NCBI GenBank assembly: GCA_964057225.1
Contig: OZ059895.1
Location: 17,050,001-17,114,000, forward strand
Length of the DNA: 64,000 nt
Source: Auanema rhodensis
Lineage: Eukaryota; Animalia; Nematoda
Reading direction: 5' to 3'
Part shown: one piece after another, positions 30,371-42,978 of the stretch
Numbering within the stretch: the first letter of the stretch is position 1
Layout of the letters: each line of letters starts with the position of its first letter
Program-made: the position numbers and the translations under genes
The notes under the pieces: model-generated
Told to the model about the DNA's origin: nothing
Databases searched by the model: none
Seen by the model: only the letters and a program-made list of their open reading frames with translations

Positions 30371-33300
30371 ATGGTTCTCCATCCGGTAATTATTTTCTTG
30401 TTTTTTTCTCTATTTCTTAAACTATTGAGCTCTGATAAATATTTGAGTTTCACTTCAGGGAGATATTAAGCATAAACTTCAATTTCTTACAAGTTTCATT
30501 TAAATATTTTATTTTTTCAGGACGATAGTAAGCCAAATCCTCAGTTTGCTCCAGCTGAACCTGCAACGTAAGTCCATGTTTTAACATATTTTCTCAGCAT
30601 TTTCTATATAATTCTTACAATTATTTCAAAATATAGCAACTTTTACAAAAGATTTGAATAGCTATTTCATATTTATTGATAATTTTATTTTTGAAAAGCC
30701 TTCTAAATCTTGAAACTCATTTCAATTTTCATCTAAATGTTCTCTATTTTTCATGTAAATTTGTATTTAAGTTTTACAAAGTTTATTGCATTCTACTTAG
30801 CTTTTGAAAATTATCTATTCACAGTACTTTTAATATTTTATAAAATTTGAATTCATTCATTGAGTTTATTGGAAATTATTCCAACGGTAGCACTTACTAG
30901 ATGACCCCATGAGCCAGACTTCTTAGAGCCCTAAGAGCTCTTCTTACCTAGAACTGGGCCACCATTCTCCTTCCAATCCAAATATTATGCCAATATTGAA
31001 GAAAAGCGTCAATCGACTGTTTAAGTGTTACCTAGAAGTATCAATATGATTATATAATTCTTTTTCGGAATCTATAGTATTCAGAATTATTTCCATTAAT
31101 CTCATCTGAAGTACTGTTACATCGCTAAATTATCGATTTTCATGGTATAAAAGCAAAAATTGTCATTCGTTTTGCTCATTATAACCGACTGACGGCAAAT
31201 ACACAGCAGCAAAAGCTGTTGTCATGCTTTTACGAAGTCATTTGATCCTCAGAGACGCTGGACTGATGGGAGCTTTTCCGTCAATCTGAACCAATCTGAT
31301 GGCTTTCAGTGCATCGCTAAAAGCAGCAAACCGCAAGTTGCATTTGAGGGACAAGAAGGCAAAAGCTTTAAAGAGAGAGAGAAAGAAAGTAGAAGAAATG
31401 GAAGAAAACAGAAATTTGAAGGCAAATAATCAATCTGAACCTTAGAGAACTGCCCTGACATGGGAAAGCTTCTTGAGAATCTGGCAGTTATTGCTGGCAT
31501 GAGAGAAGCGGCTTAAGATAAAGGAAAAGCTTTGGTATAAGGGAGGTAGAAGAAGAACAGAGCGAAAAAACAGTGTAATCAAAGCTCTTTTGTCTTTGTT
31601 TGTGAACATTAGGCTGTGAATTGTTGCCCTTACACGTCTTTATTCAGACAGTAGTTGTTAGCTTCTCAGAGTGTTGTAGACGACCTTATACGTCTTCTTT
31701 ATCTTCTTCTAGCTCTCCCTCTGTAGCTGTCTGATCCTACAACATATACTCTTCTTCTTTTTCATTCTTTCTCTCCCTCTCTCTATTTCTCTCTTTTACT
31801 TATTCTGTCTGTCTCTCTATGTTAGCTCTCTCTTTATCTCTTCATTTCTTATATCTTCTGTCAATCGTTCTCTTTCTTCTTCTATCAGCCTTTTCTGTGT
31901 ATTTTCTCCTGTATATATGTTCATATAAGTCCATATACGTGTAAGCATATGCGTTATGTTTGCCTAAGACCTTCTGTCACTTGACAGCCTTCCACCCACC
32001 ATCTTTTTCGTCCCAAACACCAGCACGACTTGTCGAGCTTGTATGTATGTGCTTTTACACTCTCATCTAGTTACTAGATAAATTTTACAGTTAATTCTCT
32101 TTTTCTTATTCTATTGCCTTATAATTATCTTGTTCGATTCTCAGTTCATATAGCTTATTACTATATCTTTGCCAAGCTACAGTAATTTGGCGTCAATCAC
32201 CATTACATAAGCACACGGCTAACTCCTGCTGTGCAACTGTTAGCACCTAACCGTGCCATCGGCACAAACCACACACCCATTATCCCTGTGGTCTTGTTTT
32301 CGAAGTCTATCAAATCGATTAATTGTAATTAAAAGAAAGTTGTTAGTCGGAGATTACTGACGCATGCAGCTTCATAATCTATGCTTCCTATTGAGTTGGT
32401 GCAAACAGCGAAGCGTTCTCACCTCACATGGCATTCTTCAAAGCTTTTTATGCTTTTGCTGATGATTATCAAGCATCAACTAATGTTATTCCAAAGCTCA
32501 TTCGTTATTTATATCTCAAACATGTTTCCATTCAATTTATATGCACTTGCAACATATTTGGAAACAAAAAAAACACAAGCAATTGCGTCATTTTGTGATT
32601 ATCTACCTCTCAAATTACATTGTTATAGTTACGTTGAATCAACCTGGAATAGCTGAACCCGAGCAGATGCTCGTCTTTTTTTCTTTTATTCTCCTATTTT
32701 TACTTGATATCTCTTTAGCTACATGTATTCAATTGAAAAAAACTATATATTTTATTGAACATATTGTCTAATTAACCACATGGTTAAAGATAATTATCAA
32801 TATATGTATGAATTCTCATGACGTCACTACTTACAGAGCTGATCAATCGTCATTGGCTTCATCTGTTTGGTCATTGCTTCCCGATACCAAAGCAGAAAAT
32901 ATGGCTACAGAACGTACAGCCGGATTAGTGTCTATCACTGATACATCAGCTTACGGTATGTTTTATAAGCAATAAGCACTTCATTATTTCATATATTTAG
33001 GACAAAATCCATATTATAACGGAAGCTATACGACTGGATACGGTATGTATGGCAGTAATCCAGCAGCATATTATCAGGTTTGTATTGTCATTATTATTAT
33101 TTTTTGTCAAAAAAAGCAAACAAAAGTGATTTGATAAGATGAAGATTCTCGTATTTGCTTTGTTTTTTTTTTTTGTAAAAAATTCTATAAGCAATATGTT
33201 TGTTATTGACTGCATATTATTTTTATGATTTATCTTCTTCTTTTTTCTAGGTAGCAACTGGATTAAGAGCACAAAATGCAGCTGCAGCTGCTGTAACGTT

Positions 33301-35351
33301 TCCATATGGCATTGGTGCTGCTGCTGCTCAAACAGCATACTACGGTACTCCTTTAATTCCCTTTCTAACTAACTTTATCTTAATATTTGCAATCGAGCAT
33401 ATATTTTATTATTTTAATATAAAATTTTGAGCATAATTTATATTAATTTATAGGTAGCTCATATCCAACAGCAATCAATTTCAATGATTATTCTACATAT
33501 AATACACAATATTATAATCGAATGCAGACAGCCAGCTATTACGGTAATGCGCTGACAGCTGGTGCTTATACGGTATGTTTCAAAAGACATGTTCAAATTT
33601 TGATATAACAACGTTATGATGAAATTCTATTTTATAGAGTAGTAATTTATCAACTGAAAGTAATTCAACTTCTGATCTCAATACATTTGCAATTAAGGAT
33701 AAGAAAGGTAAATTCAATCTGAGAGCATCAGTCTTCTAGTTTTCTCTTATATCCTATATCTGTAACAGTGAAACATACATGTAATTCTTACAGTTTCATC
33801 AAAAACATCAAAGAAGAAGAAGTCTGGATCATGCTCTCCAGGTGATACTCAATATACTCGAGTATTTATATGGGATTTGGATGATATTTGTCCTTTATCT
33901 ACCAATACACTCACAACATTGGGTCATCGAGTAAGTTAGAAAAACCTTCAGAATACATTTTATTTTTGAGATTATTGCATTGTTTTATTAAAATTGTTTA
34001 TAAAATTTTGTATGTATTATTGTTTTTAGGCAAGTTCTCATCCACACCTTGGACGTCAAGTTATGCTTCTGAAACAGTTGACCAGTCGTGTTATTGGCTT
34101 ATGTTTCCCCACAGATCATATTGAGGTTAGTTACCTAGAATCATATAAAACAAATTTATTGAAAAGTATTTGAATATAAATTTCGAATTTTACGTTAAGT
34201 CAATATAATTAAAAGAAATAAGTATAGAATTAGCATAATGATATGAAACCATTGTTAAACGTGATTTTCACGTGATTATTCATTTAATATAAGAAATGTC
34301 GATGAAACGGTTGTTCTACAAACATATACAGTTATTGATAATAATTGATTATGCTTTTTAGGAATTTGAATTGTGCAATGTTGAAGATGCTGCATTAGAA
34401 GATTCATTATCAGATGGATCTGTATTGGATGGACGGTTAGTGCTATAGTATACCATATAAATCAATATAAGTTATATTATAGTAGTGGTGTAGAAGTTAT
34501 GAGACGATTAGCTAGCAAATATTTTGCTTTACGGCAACTCTATCAAGAGAACGTGCCTCTGAAGGCTGATGATGCCTGCAATACATGTATGTTTCACTAG
34601 TTACAATTAATAGCTCAATTTTGCATTAAAATAGATTTTTTAATCCAAATTACAGTACTCATAAATAAAAAAATTAAATAAAACTAATAAAACTTATTTT
34701 AGCCATGATTGATAGAGCTGGTTTGATAGCCCAAAAAGATGAATTGATAGATGCTGCTCGACAAGTCGATTCATTGTATATGCAAAGATCAGAATTAGCA
34801 AGACGGTGCCTGGATATTGTACAGCAGCGGTATGCTTCATCAAAAGAATATTCCTAAACTAATCTTAACCATTGTTTATAGATCTGAAGCTTCTGATTCA
34901 AAATATGCTAATGTTGTCCTTTGTTCTGATGGTTTAATCACGGGTATAAGTGAATTGATGCTCTCATCTATGACGACATCCGTTGGAATTGATAACATTT
35001 ACAGCTTTGGCAAAGCTGGAAAGGTATATTGAATATTTTTCTACAAAAAGCTAACCACTCACTCATTCTAGGAATCAGTTTTGGAACGTATCCAAAATCG
35101 TTTTGGAAAAAAGTGCAGCTTTGTCTTAATTACATCAAATCCGGAAACCACAATGACAGCTAAAAAGGTAAATTTCTTGGACAAAACCTTTTTTTTTTCA
35201 TTTTAGCAGGCATTTTTAATTCTTCTTCTATTATTTGTTTGATTTACAGGTTAGCATTCCGGTATGGCCAATGCTTTCAACAGCCGATTTGGAGAAGTTC
35301 TATTCAGCGCAGACACATTTCTTGCTGACCACAACTCGTCAACGATCTTAA
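30371..35351 (+). CDS. eya-1: Eyes absent ortholog EYA-1, multi-exon, proximal-start form
   Basis: Low-complexity Y/A/S/T-rich N-terminus, then an Eya domain: RVFIWDLDD, GVEVMRRLA, SELARRCLDIV, NVVL, IDNIYSFGKAGKESVLERIQNRFGKK; TAA at 35349-35351. Confidence 0.88.
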
Positions 35352-35529
35352 AAATGCTAAGAAATCGTTTCGTGGTTTTTCTCACGTAAATTATTAATTT
35401 TTAATTATAGTAATATAATTAACAAATATTTATATTATATGCTCTAAGAATGTTGTATCTGACTGACATATCCAATCAACTTGGCTATGCGTTTCGATTC
35501 CTGCTCTTCCTCATTTTAATTGCGCCACA

Positions 35530-35532
<3 letters not shown>

Positions 35533-35610
<78 letters not shown>
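35533..35610. repeat. (CT)n microsatellite downstream of eya-1
   Basis: Direct reading. Confidence 0.95.
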
Positions 35611-35611
<1 letters not shown>

Positions 35612-36471
35612 GTCTCGTCTCCTAGCTCGCGAGATCTGAATCAGACCTGCTCTTCCTTCGTACTGTATTAGCTTGCCTTTAGCCGTAGAATATCAAGACA
35701 ATCGGAATACTCTGGGAAAACAATTGAAGGAGCTGATTAAGAATTTTGCCGGCAACGAAACTTATACATCGACTAAATCATATTTCATCAGCATCATTAC
35801 TTCATTTCTACATCTACTATGTTATAATAATTGATGAATATACATACATCTATGGCCAAAACTTGCTTCGAACGGCAGCTTTCCTCATTCGAAACATCAA
35901 ATAACTGTATTTCCTTCACGTTTCTTCTTAATCATTCTTTCTGGTATACAGTATTTATATCGTATTATCTATCTTTTACATTACAATTCATGATCTCAAT
36001 CCATGTTCTGTCTCAGATTCTTGTTTGTTTCTTTGTTGATTTTCTTTAATAATACCAATATAATATAAGAAAAAAAGACGAAAAGAAGAAGAAAAACGAT
36101 AATGTTTCCTGTCTGCGCACACACATATTCAGATGTGTGAGGTGAAATCAGCTAGCAGCTTAGCTTTTCAACGTCAACTCGCAGCACCCCCCGTGATTTC
36201 TAAGTCAAACTTCATTGTATGGTCTTTTCTTAGTTGTTGTAATTCTTGTATTTTTTTTCCTTTTTTTTAGTCAAAATCTATACAAAAAAGTATTTATTCC
36301 GTATTTGCCATTCACATTGTCTATATTCTATTCGCTCAAATGAAATTTTGCGTTATGTTTTTATGTCAAATCTTTATTATTTTGGAAGAAAAACATGAAA
36401 TGTTTGTTGATAATTGCATGAGATGAGGAGTATGTTTCAAATATAACTGATATTCAGATAAATGATGATTA

Positions 36472-39400
36472 TCAATAACCACATTCAGGCACATTTCCTT
36501 TGTGATCACATACCGTTTTACGTGGATTCCAGGCTGTGCCAGGAGCACATGGACGTTCCATCCATTGTCCTAATCAAGAGAAACGTGTATTTGGAAGCTT
36601 AAAAGACATACAACTAACCATGTACACATTGATAGTATTTGCTACAATCATGTCGAACTCGACGATATCCTTCAACTCCACCAGATTCCTGAAAAAAATT
36701 TTTTTTAATTTAAGGGACGTCAAACGATGAAGCATATGGTATAGCTTCAAACTGGCTACCAACCACGCAAGCCTTATTGCCGCCGTGCCCATGATCGTGT
36801 CCGTTATTGTTTCCGTGGTCATGACCGTGATCGTGCCCGTGGTCATGTCCATGATCATGTCCACCACCTTGACCGTTACATTGTCCACGAACGCAGAATC
36901 CATTTTGATAGATCATACCATACTCACAAGCTTCCTTAAGCCATTTTCCATGACGACAGACCTTTAATAAGAATAATAGAAAGATCAAAAAATCTTAAGT
37001 AAAATGAAAATAAAAAGTTTAAAAGGTTAGATTGAAAGATGGGTTAACTAACTACGACGATATGATCAATCATCTAATCTTTGATTCACTCAACTCTGGT
37101 GACCGACACAAATTCTAGCCAAAAACCGGTTACAATCATTATGTATCTTACATCAGTCAAGGAACAGCCTCTCTCTCTATGAACTCGAGCCACACACCCC
37201 TTTCCATGCACACGTCAACAGCTGTGTCTTCTCTGCTCGCTCAAATAGCAGTTGCTTGCCCAACAGCTCTCTCGCCTAACAAGCTCCACCCATATGGCAT
37301 ACGACATTAACTAGTGTCTTGCAAAAACCAGTAGCAAGTACGGTGACGTTAAATGAGTGCAAAGGCCTTTGCAAGACCTTTCTGTTTAATTTTTGGAGCC
37401 CCTCTTTGAAGGGGTTAATACGTTGGGTTGAAAGCTCATGATGTTCGTTACATTTTTAGGAAAAAAAACTTATATTTTACCTCATACATATCGCAGCTTC
37501 CTTTTATCTTTCTTGTTTCTCCTTCATAGCAACTTGGTCGCTTTGGCGGATGTACTGGTGTAGCTACTGCTGCTTTAACACAACGAAGACTCTAAAAATC
37601 AAGCGAATTGCTTTAAATTCAAATTTAAATTGTTGAAGCTAACCTCCCAGAAGAAAGTCATACCCTTAGGGCATTGACGCTCAACCCATTTGCCATAGTA
37701 ACAGACATAGTAAGCATCATTGGTTTGCTGACTAGGCTTAACATTACCAGTTTGACATTCGCGATTTGGAGAAGGCTCATATCCTCCTATATTTCAGTTC
37801 AAATTAAAGATTTAAAGCTTTGATTTTCGTGAAACCTGGGTTAGTTGGACATGTATGAGAAGGAGAACATTTTCCATTTATGAATTGCTTATTTCCATCA
37901 CATTTTCCCAGAATAAATTGGCCATTATGGCAAATTCTGAACTCCCCACATGCTTCCATAGGCTGAAAATTCAAATTCAATGAACAAGTATGATTTTATT
38001 TCCTGGAACCTGGAATGATCCAGCATTGCATTCCTTGTGAGCGTTACAGGAATCAAATCTGAAAGATAATGAGCTTTATCTCCGAAACTTATCAATGTCA
38101 CTTACCCTCGGACACATTGCCCTGTTGTCAAATCAAAAGAATCATGTGGTGGGCATTGCTAAAAATGATTTTTAATGTTTAACCTTATCCTATGAAAATT
38201 CAAAAAAGGCTGTTCCTATGAGAGAATCTTACTTGATTCACAAAGCGGCCATACTTGTCACATTCCCAGAAACGTGTGCAGTCATGCTCATCTTGTATTC
38301 TGAAATTTCCTTCACAACTCTGAGCTACATACTTCTGGAAAGAATTTGAAAGATTGATGATCTAAAAGCCATTGGATAAACCTCATCAACACCATATATC
38401 GGTATGTATTCCGTAACTACTGGAGGAATAGGATTAGGCTTTACAGGTACAGGAAGAGATGGGATAGTTGGAATGGGACGGATAACTGGTGGTGGCTTAG
38501 GAAAATACTGAACATTACACGTTCCTGTGATACAACGTTGATGTTGTTTATCTAATATATCAGATGAATATGAATTAATCTTTAAAGTATGATTGAATAC
38601 CATAGACATATCCCTGAGGACATCTTAGATCAGCCCATTGTCCAAATCGACATTCAAACAGCCGATCACAGTGAATTGGATTCAATTTTCTCTGAAATAG
38701 GTTGAGTGCTGTGATTGTGCAAGGAAAGCTTTACTTGTCCTTCAGTACAAATCCTATTGTTGCCGTTATAGGGAGGATGAGTAGGATGATGATGATGATC
38801 GTCTTGATCATATCCACGGCAAGAACTATATCTAGCTGGAACGCATTCTTCCAAATAAGAATCAAACAATCGTCCTGTTGGGCAACTGTAATTTCAGGTT
38901 GGTGTACGACCTTTTCTTTTCTTTTCTTTTCAACTTATACGAAAAGTTTTGTTTAATATCTTATAATATTGCTGAATCACTTACGTTCGTACACGCCAAA
39001 GACCTTGATGACACACCATGAAGTTCTTGCATCGCTTTGGAATTCCCTGGAAGAATATTTTCATGTTTAAGGAAGAAGCATACAATGAGAAGACTACTTA
39101 CACGAATTGATCCCTTTTTACAATAGTTAGGTATGGAATAATACTCAGCTTCATCTAAATCATAATCTGGTCTTCTGGATTTTGTGTGTCGAGCATGACG
39201 GCTTCTTTCGTTCATTGCTGGACAAGTCAAATGGCAGGAAGCTAAAACTCATTGTTGCAGATTTAAAGGAAATAAGATGATGCAATGATATACGTGGGAC
39301 TTTCATCTCCTTAGATGCTTCTTTGCATTCTCCTCCAGTCCATACAGAAGATCGTTCTCTACAGATCGTCATATCGCAGTTGTATACAAACGTTGTCTGA

Positions 39401-39873
39401 TTACAGACAATACGATGATGTCCTTCATGATCATTGAAAGCAACAGCTATTGGATATGATTTGAATCCAAAGGTTCTTTTAGCATCATAGCAGAGTCTAT
39501 CACAAATATTCTTCTTTCCTGAAACAAAAGAAGCTCATGAGCCGTTGATAAAGAAAAAGGAAGAAACCTTTGCGTTTATTCAAAGAACGAAGGAATTCCT
39601 TGTCAAAATCTTCTGAATCAAAATTATCTTCTTCAGAACTAAAATCCGCATCTGAGTTATGATCATGATGGTGGTGATGTTGTCCTCCTTTTGAGAATTC
39701 TTGAGGCTCAGCAACTGAAAAAGAACATGACCATGACAAAGACTTATATGAAGTTACAACTCACATGATTCGAGTTGTCCAACTATTTCAGGAAATGATT
39801 GGAGTGAATTATCTATATATTCAACATTTAAGGCATATATACTACTGCAAAGCAGTAGAACTATGAGATACAT
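36472..39873 (-). CDS. Secreted protein with about seven chitin-binding type-2 (CBM14/peritrophin-A-like) domains and His-rich linkers
   Basis: Signal peptide MYLIVLLLCS directly after TTTCAG. Repeated Cys/aromatic modules, e.g. DCTRFWECDKYG..QCPPHDSFDLTTGQC, YVCYYGKWVERQCPKGMTF and GQWMERPCAPGTAWNPRKTVCD; TGA at 36474-36472. Confidence 0.85.
36784..36862 (-). repeat. Coding 12-bp tandem repeat encoding (GHDH)n
   Basis: Translation GGGHDHGHDHGHDHGHDHGNNNGHDHGHGG. Confidence 0.85.
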
Positions 39874-39956
39874 CTGAAAGCAGTTACGGTATTCTCGCTA
39901 TTTGGGAGAAAAGAGGAGAAATATATGAAAATGAGAAGTTGGGCTACGTCTCTCAT

Positions 39957-39966
39957 CTTTATATAG
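39957..39966 (-). promoter_or_regulatory. Candidate TATA box of the chitin-binding protein gene
   Basis: CTATATAAAG on the minus strand about 85 nt upstream of the ATG; close to the nematode GTATAWWAG consensus. Confidence 0.4.
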
Positions 39967-40215
39967 CAGACTCCGAGCAGAAACAATTGTGATTTTCATA
40001 AAAAATCATAACGTTTCATGATTCAGACTTCTTCTACGCTTACAATGATGACGATTTCTCAAAATATTGCCTATTTCATATGTGGGAGTCACATTGTTCG
40101 AGCAAAGAAAAACGAAAACGATTCATAAATTACGCAATTTTCTTTTGAAATTTAGAAACACAAATCATAACAAAAGTTTATTTGTAAATTACACTAATAA
40201 ATTTGGTCAAATATA

Positions 40216-41162
40216 CTAGAAATGATTGAAGTTTTCCATGAACATCTTCTTACTTATTTCTTGGAAATGATTGCGATTCTTAGCTGCATCTAACAGCATT
40301 ATCTTTCCAAGAACCTTAAAATAATATTCAAAGTTTGTTATCAAAGTTATTGAGAGAGCCATACGTGATTGATCAACAACTTCGGTATATATCCTTTCAA
40401 ATCAGCTTGCATAACAACATCACATAAAGTTTTGCTTTTTTCCTCAGGATGAGGACGGAATCGAACACCAGCAAGCTGTAAATCAGCGCGAACTTTACCA
40501 TTGACTTCTGGACATTCATCAAGAAGAACACTTCTGGAAGCCATGATGTAAGCATCATTCACCTTACGGTACATTCGAGTTGCAACAAAGTCACGTCCAC
40601 TAACAATTAATGAATCATTGGTCGAATACTGAAAATATTCTGAGGTTTATCATATGTTTTGAATAAGAATACCGTGATTAAATCGAAAAACTCAGTAGGT
40701 TTAGCAATGGTTGAAGCAAAGTTGATGTTATCATTCCATTCTGGAAGTTGTTCAAAGTTTTCCCAAGTTTCTTTCATAGCAACGGATGGAATAACATCCA
40801 ACGTTGTCTATATAGGATTTAAAACTTGAAAAAGGATTGAATATACTTACGGTAATTGTAACCGTTTTAGGTTTTCTATGCGTATGAGCATAAACAACAT
40901 CTCCAGCATCGTTACTTTCATCCTGAAATTTCCAATGTTTTTGATGTCTTCAAGCATGAACTGCCAACCTTTTTCCAATCAGTTCTCTTCTCATAGTTTG
41001 GATTGAATATGCTTTCAACTTCTTTAAAAGCTTCGCCAGCAGTTTTTAAAGCATTAGAATACTATAAAGAATGACAAACTTATTGGATCTATGATTTACC
41101 TTTTCATCTTCTGGCTTCAAAGTATCCGTGACATCATGCAGAGTTAATGAAGTCACAGCCAT
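40216..41162 (-). CDS. START (StAR-related lipid transfer) domain protein, paralog A
   Basis: MAVTSLTLHDVTDTLKPEDEKYSNALKTAGEAF...LPEWNDNI...IVSGRDFVATR...KVRA...DVVMQADLKGYIPKLLIN; the WN, RDFV and DLKG.IP motifs are typical of START domains. Confidence 0.88.
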
Positions 41163-41997
41163 GACAAATTCGTGAATGTATGTATATGGAGATAATGTGA
41201 CTAGTCTGGTTTAAATACAAAGATAATTCCTCAAGAATTCGTTATCAAGCTTTATCACCGTAAATTGACCTTCAATCTTCTTCCATCACAATGGAGAGAG
41301 GGATAGTGAAAATTAAACTTGTTGATGTTTTTTATATTTTATTTTGTAACAGTTATCCTAAAACATTTAAAGTAATTTGTAGCATTTGAGAAAAGCTTCT
41401 AGCTTCTTATTAGTTATTTTCACATAATAAAGATTATTTTTATTTGTTAGAAACACGTTAACAAATTTGCAAGAGATAATGCAGCTTGATAGTACCGTAG
41501 AGGTTAAAAAATCATATTTCGTCTTCAGTTTGTTAATGACATCATAAAGAAATCAGGAAGTCATATAAATACAAAAACAGAGTCGATAATGATGGCTGAT
41601 TGAACTACAAAGATAATAACTACAGATTTTCATATCTTTGTTCCGTTCAATAAATAATCTTCAAAAATTTATTGTTATCCGATTTTAGTCTGTCAGCTCC
41701 ACAACATTTTTGCAGAAAGTGAATCTGATTAGAAACAATTATTTTACTTACAACTTTATTAAATGGTCAACCCCTGAGGGTGTTGTTCGTTCCTACAACT
41801 TTGGTACACGAGCGACTGTAAACAGCATGCATTAAAAATGATTAATAATATAATAAATTTATTTATATTAAAAATAAAAAAAATTTATTTAATTAAATAT
41901 TTACATTTTAATATCTTCATAAGATCTCTTATAAAATATCTCCTAAAAAATCTATAGAAGAAAAAAAATTATAACAATACAAGTAATGCTTTTCATA

Positions 41998-42978
41998 TTA
42001 GAAGTTCTCCAATTTTTGCTTAAGTTTTTTGCTAATTTCTTGGAAATGTTCCCGATTTCTAACTGTATCCATAAGCATAATCTTTCCAAGGACCTTTAAG
42101 AGTTTTTTAAAGTTAATTTAATTAACACTAGAACTACACCTGGTTTACAACAAATTTTGGTAAAAATCCTTTCAAATCAGCTTGCATAACAACATCACAT
42201 AAAGTTTTGCTTTTTTCCTCGGGATGAGGACGGAACCTAGCACCAGCAAGTAGCAATTCAGCTCTGAAAACAGAAATAAATCAAAAATCAGTGAAATCAA
42301 TAACTTACCTAACTTTTCCATCAACGTCTGGATACTCATCAAGAACAACACTTCTGGAAGCCATGATATATCCATCGTTAACTTTGCGGTAAATACGAGC
42401 AGACACGAAATCACGTCCACTAACAATAAGAACATCGTTATTACCATACTGTAATTGATTATTATTCGAATATTATATAGTTAAAGAAAAATACCGTGAT
42501 TAAATCGAAAAACTCAGTAGGTTTAGCAATGGTTGAAGCAAAGTTGATGTTATCATTCCATTCTGGAAGTTGTTCAAAGTTTTCCCAAGTTTCTTTCATA
42601 GCAACGGATGGAATAACATCCAACGTTGTCTATATAGGATTTAAAACTTGAAAAAGGATTGAATATACTTACGGTAATTGTAACCGTTTTAGGTTTTCTA
42701 TGCGTATGAGCATAAACAACATCTCCAGCATCGTTACTTTCATCCTGAAATTTCCAATGTTTTTGATGTCTTCAAGCATGAACTGCCAACCTTTTTCCAA
42801 TCAGTTCTCTTCTCATAGTTTGGATTGAATATGCTTTCAACTTCTTTAAAAGCTTCGCCAGCAGTTTTTAAAGCATTAGAATACTATAAAGAATGACAAA
42901 CTTATTGGATCTATGATTTACCTTTTCATCTTCTGGCTTCAAAGTATCCGTGACATCATGCAGAGTTAATGAAGTCAT
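41998..42978 (-). CDS. START domain protein, paralog B (tandem duplicate)
   Basis: Same motifs (RDFVSAR, ADLKGFLPK); TTTTCAG acceptor shortly before the ATG at 42978; one more intron than paralog A; TAA at 42000-41998. Confidence 0.88.

Noticed and set aside
39785-39842. Apparent 28-nt micro-intron in the chitin-binding gene
   Set aside because: An in-frame downstream acceptor gives an ordinary 58-nt intron and a better signal peptide.
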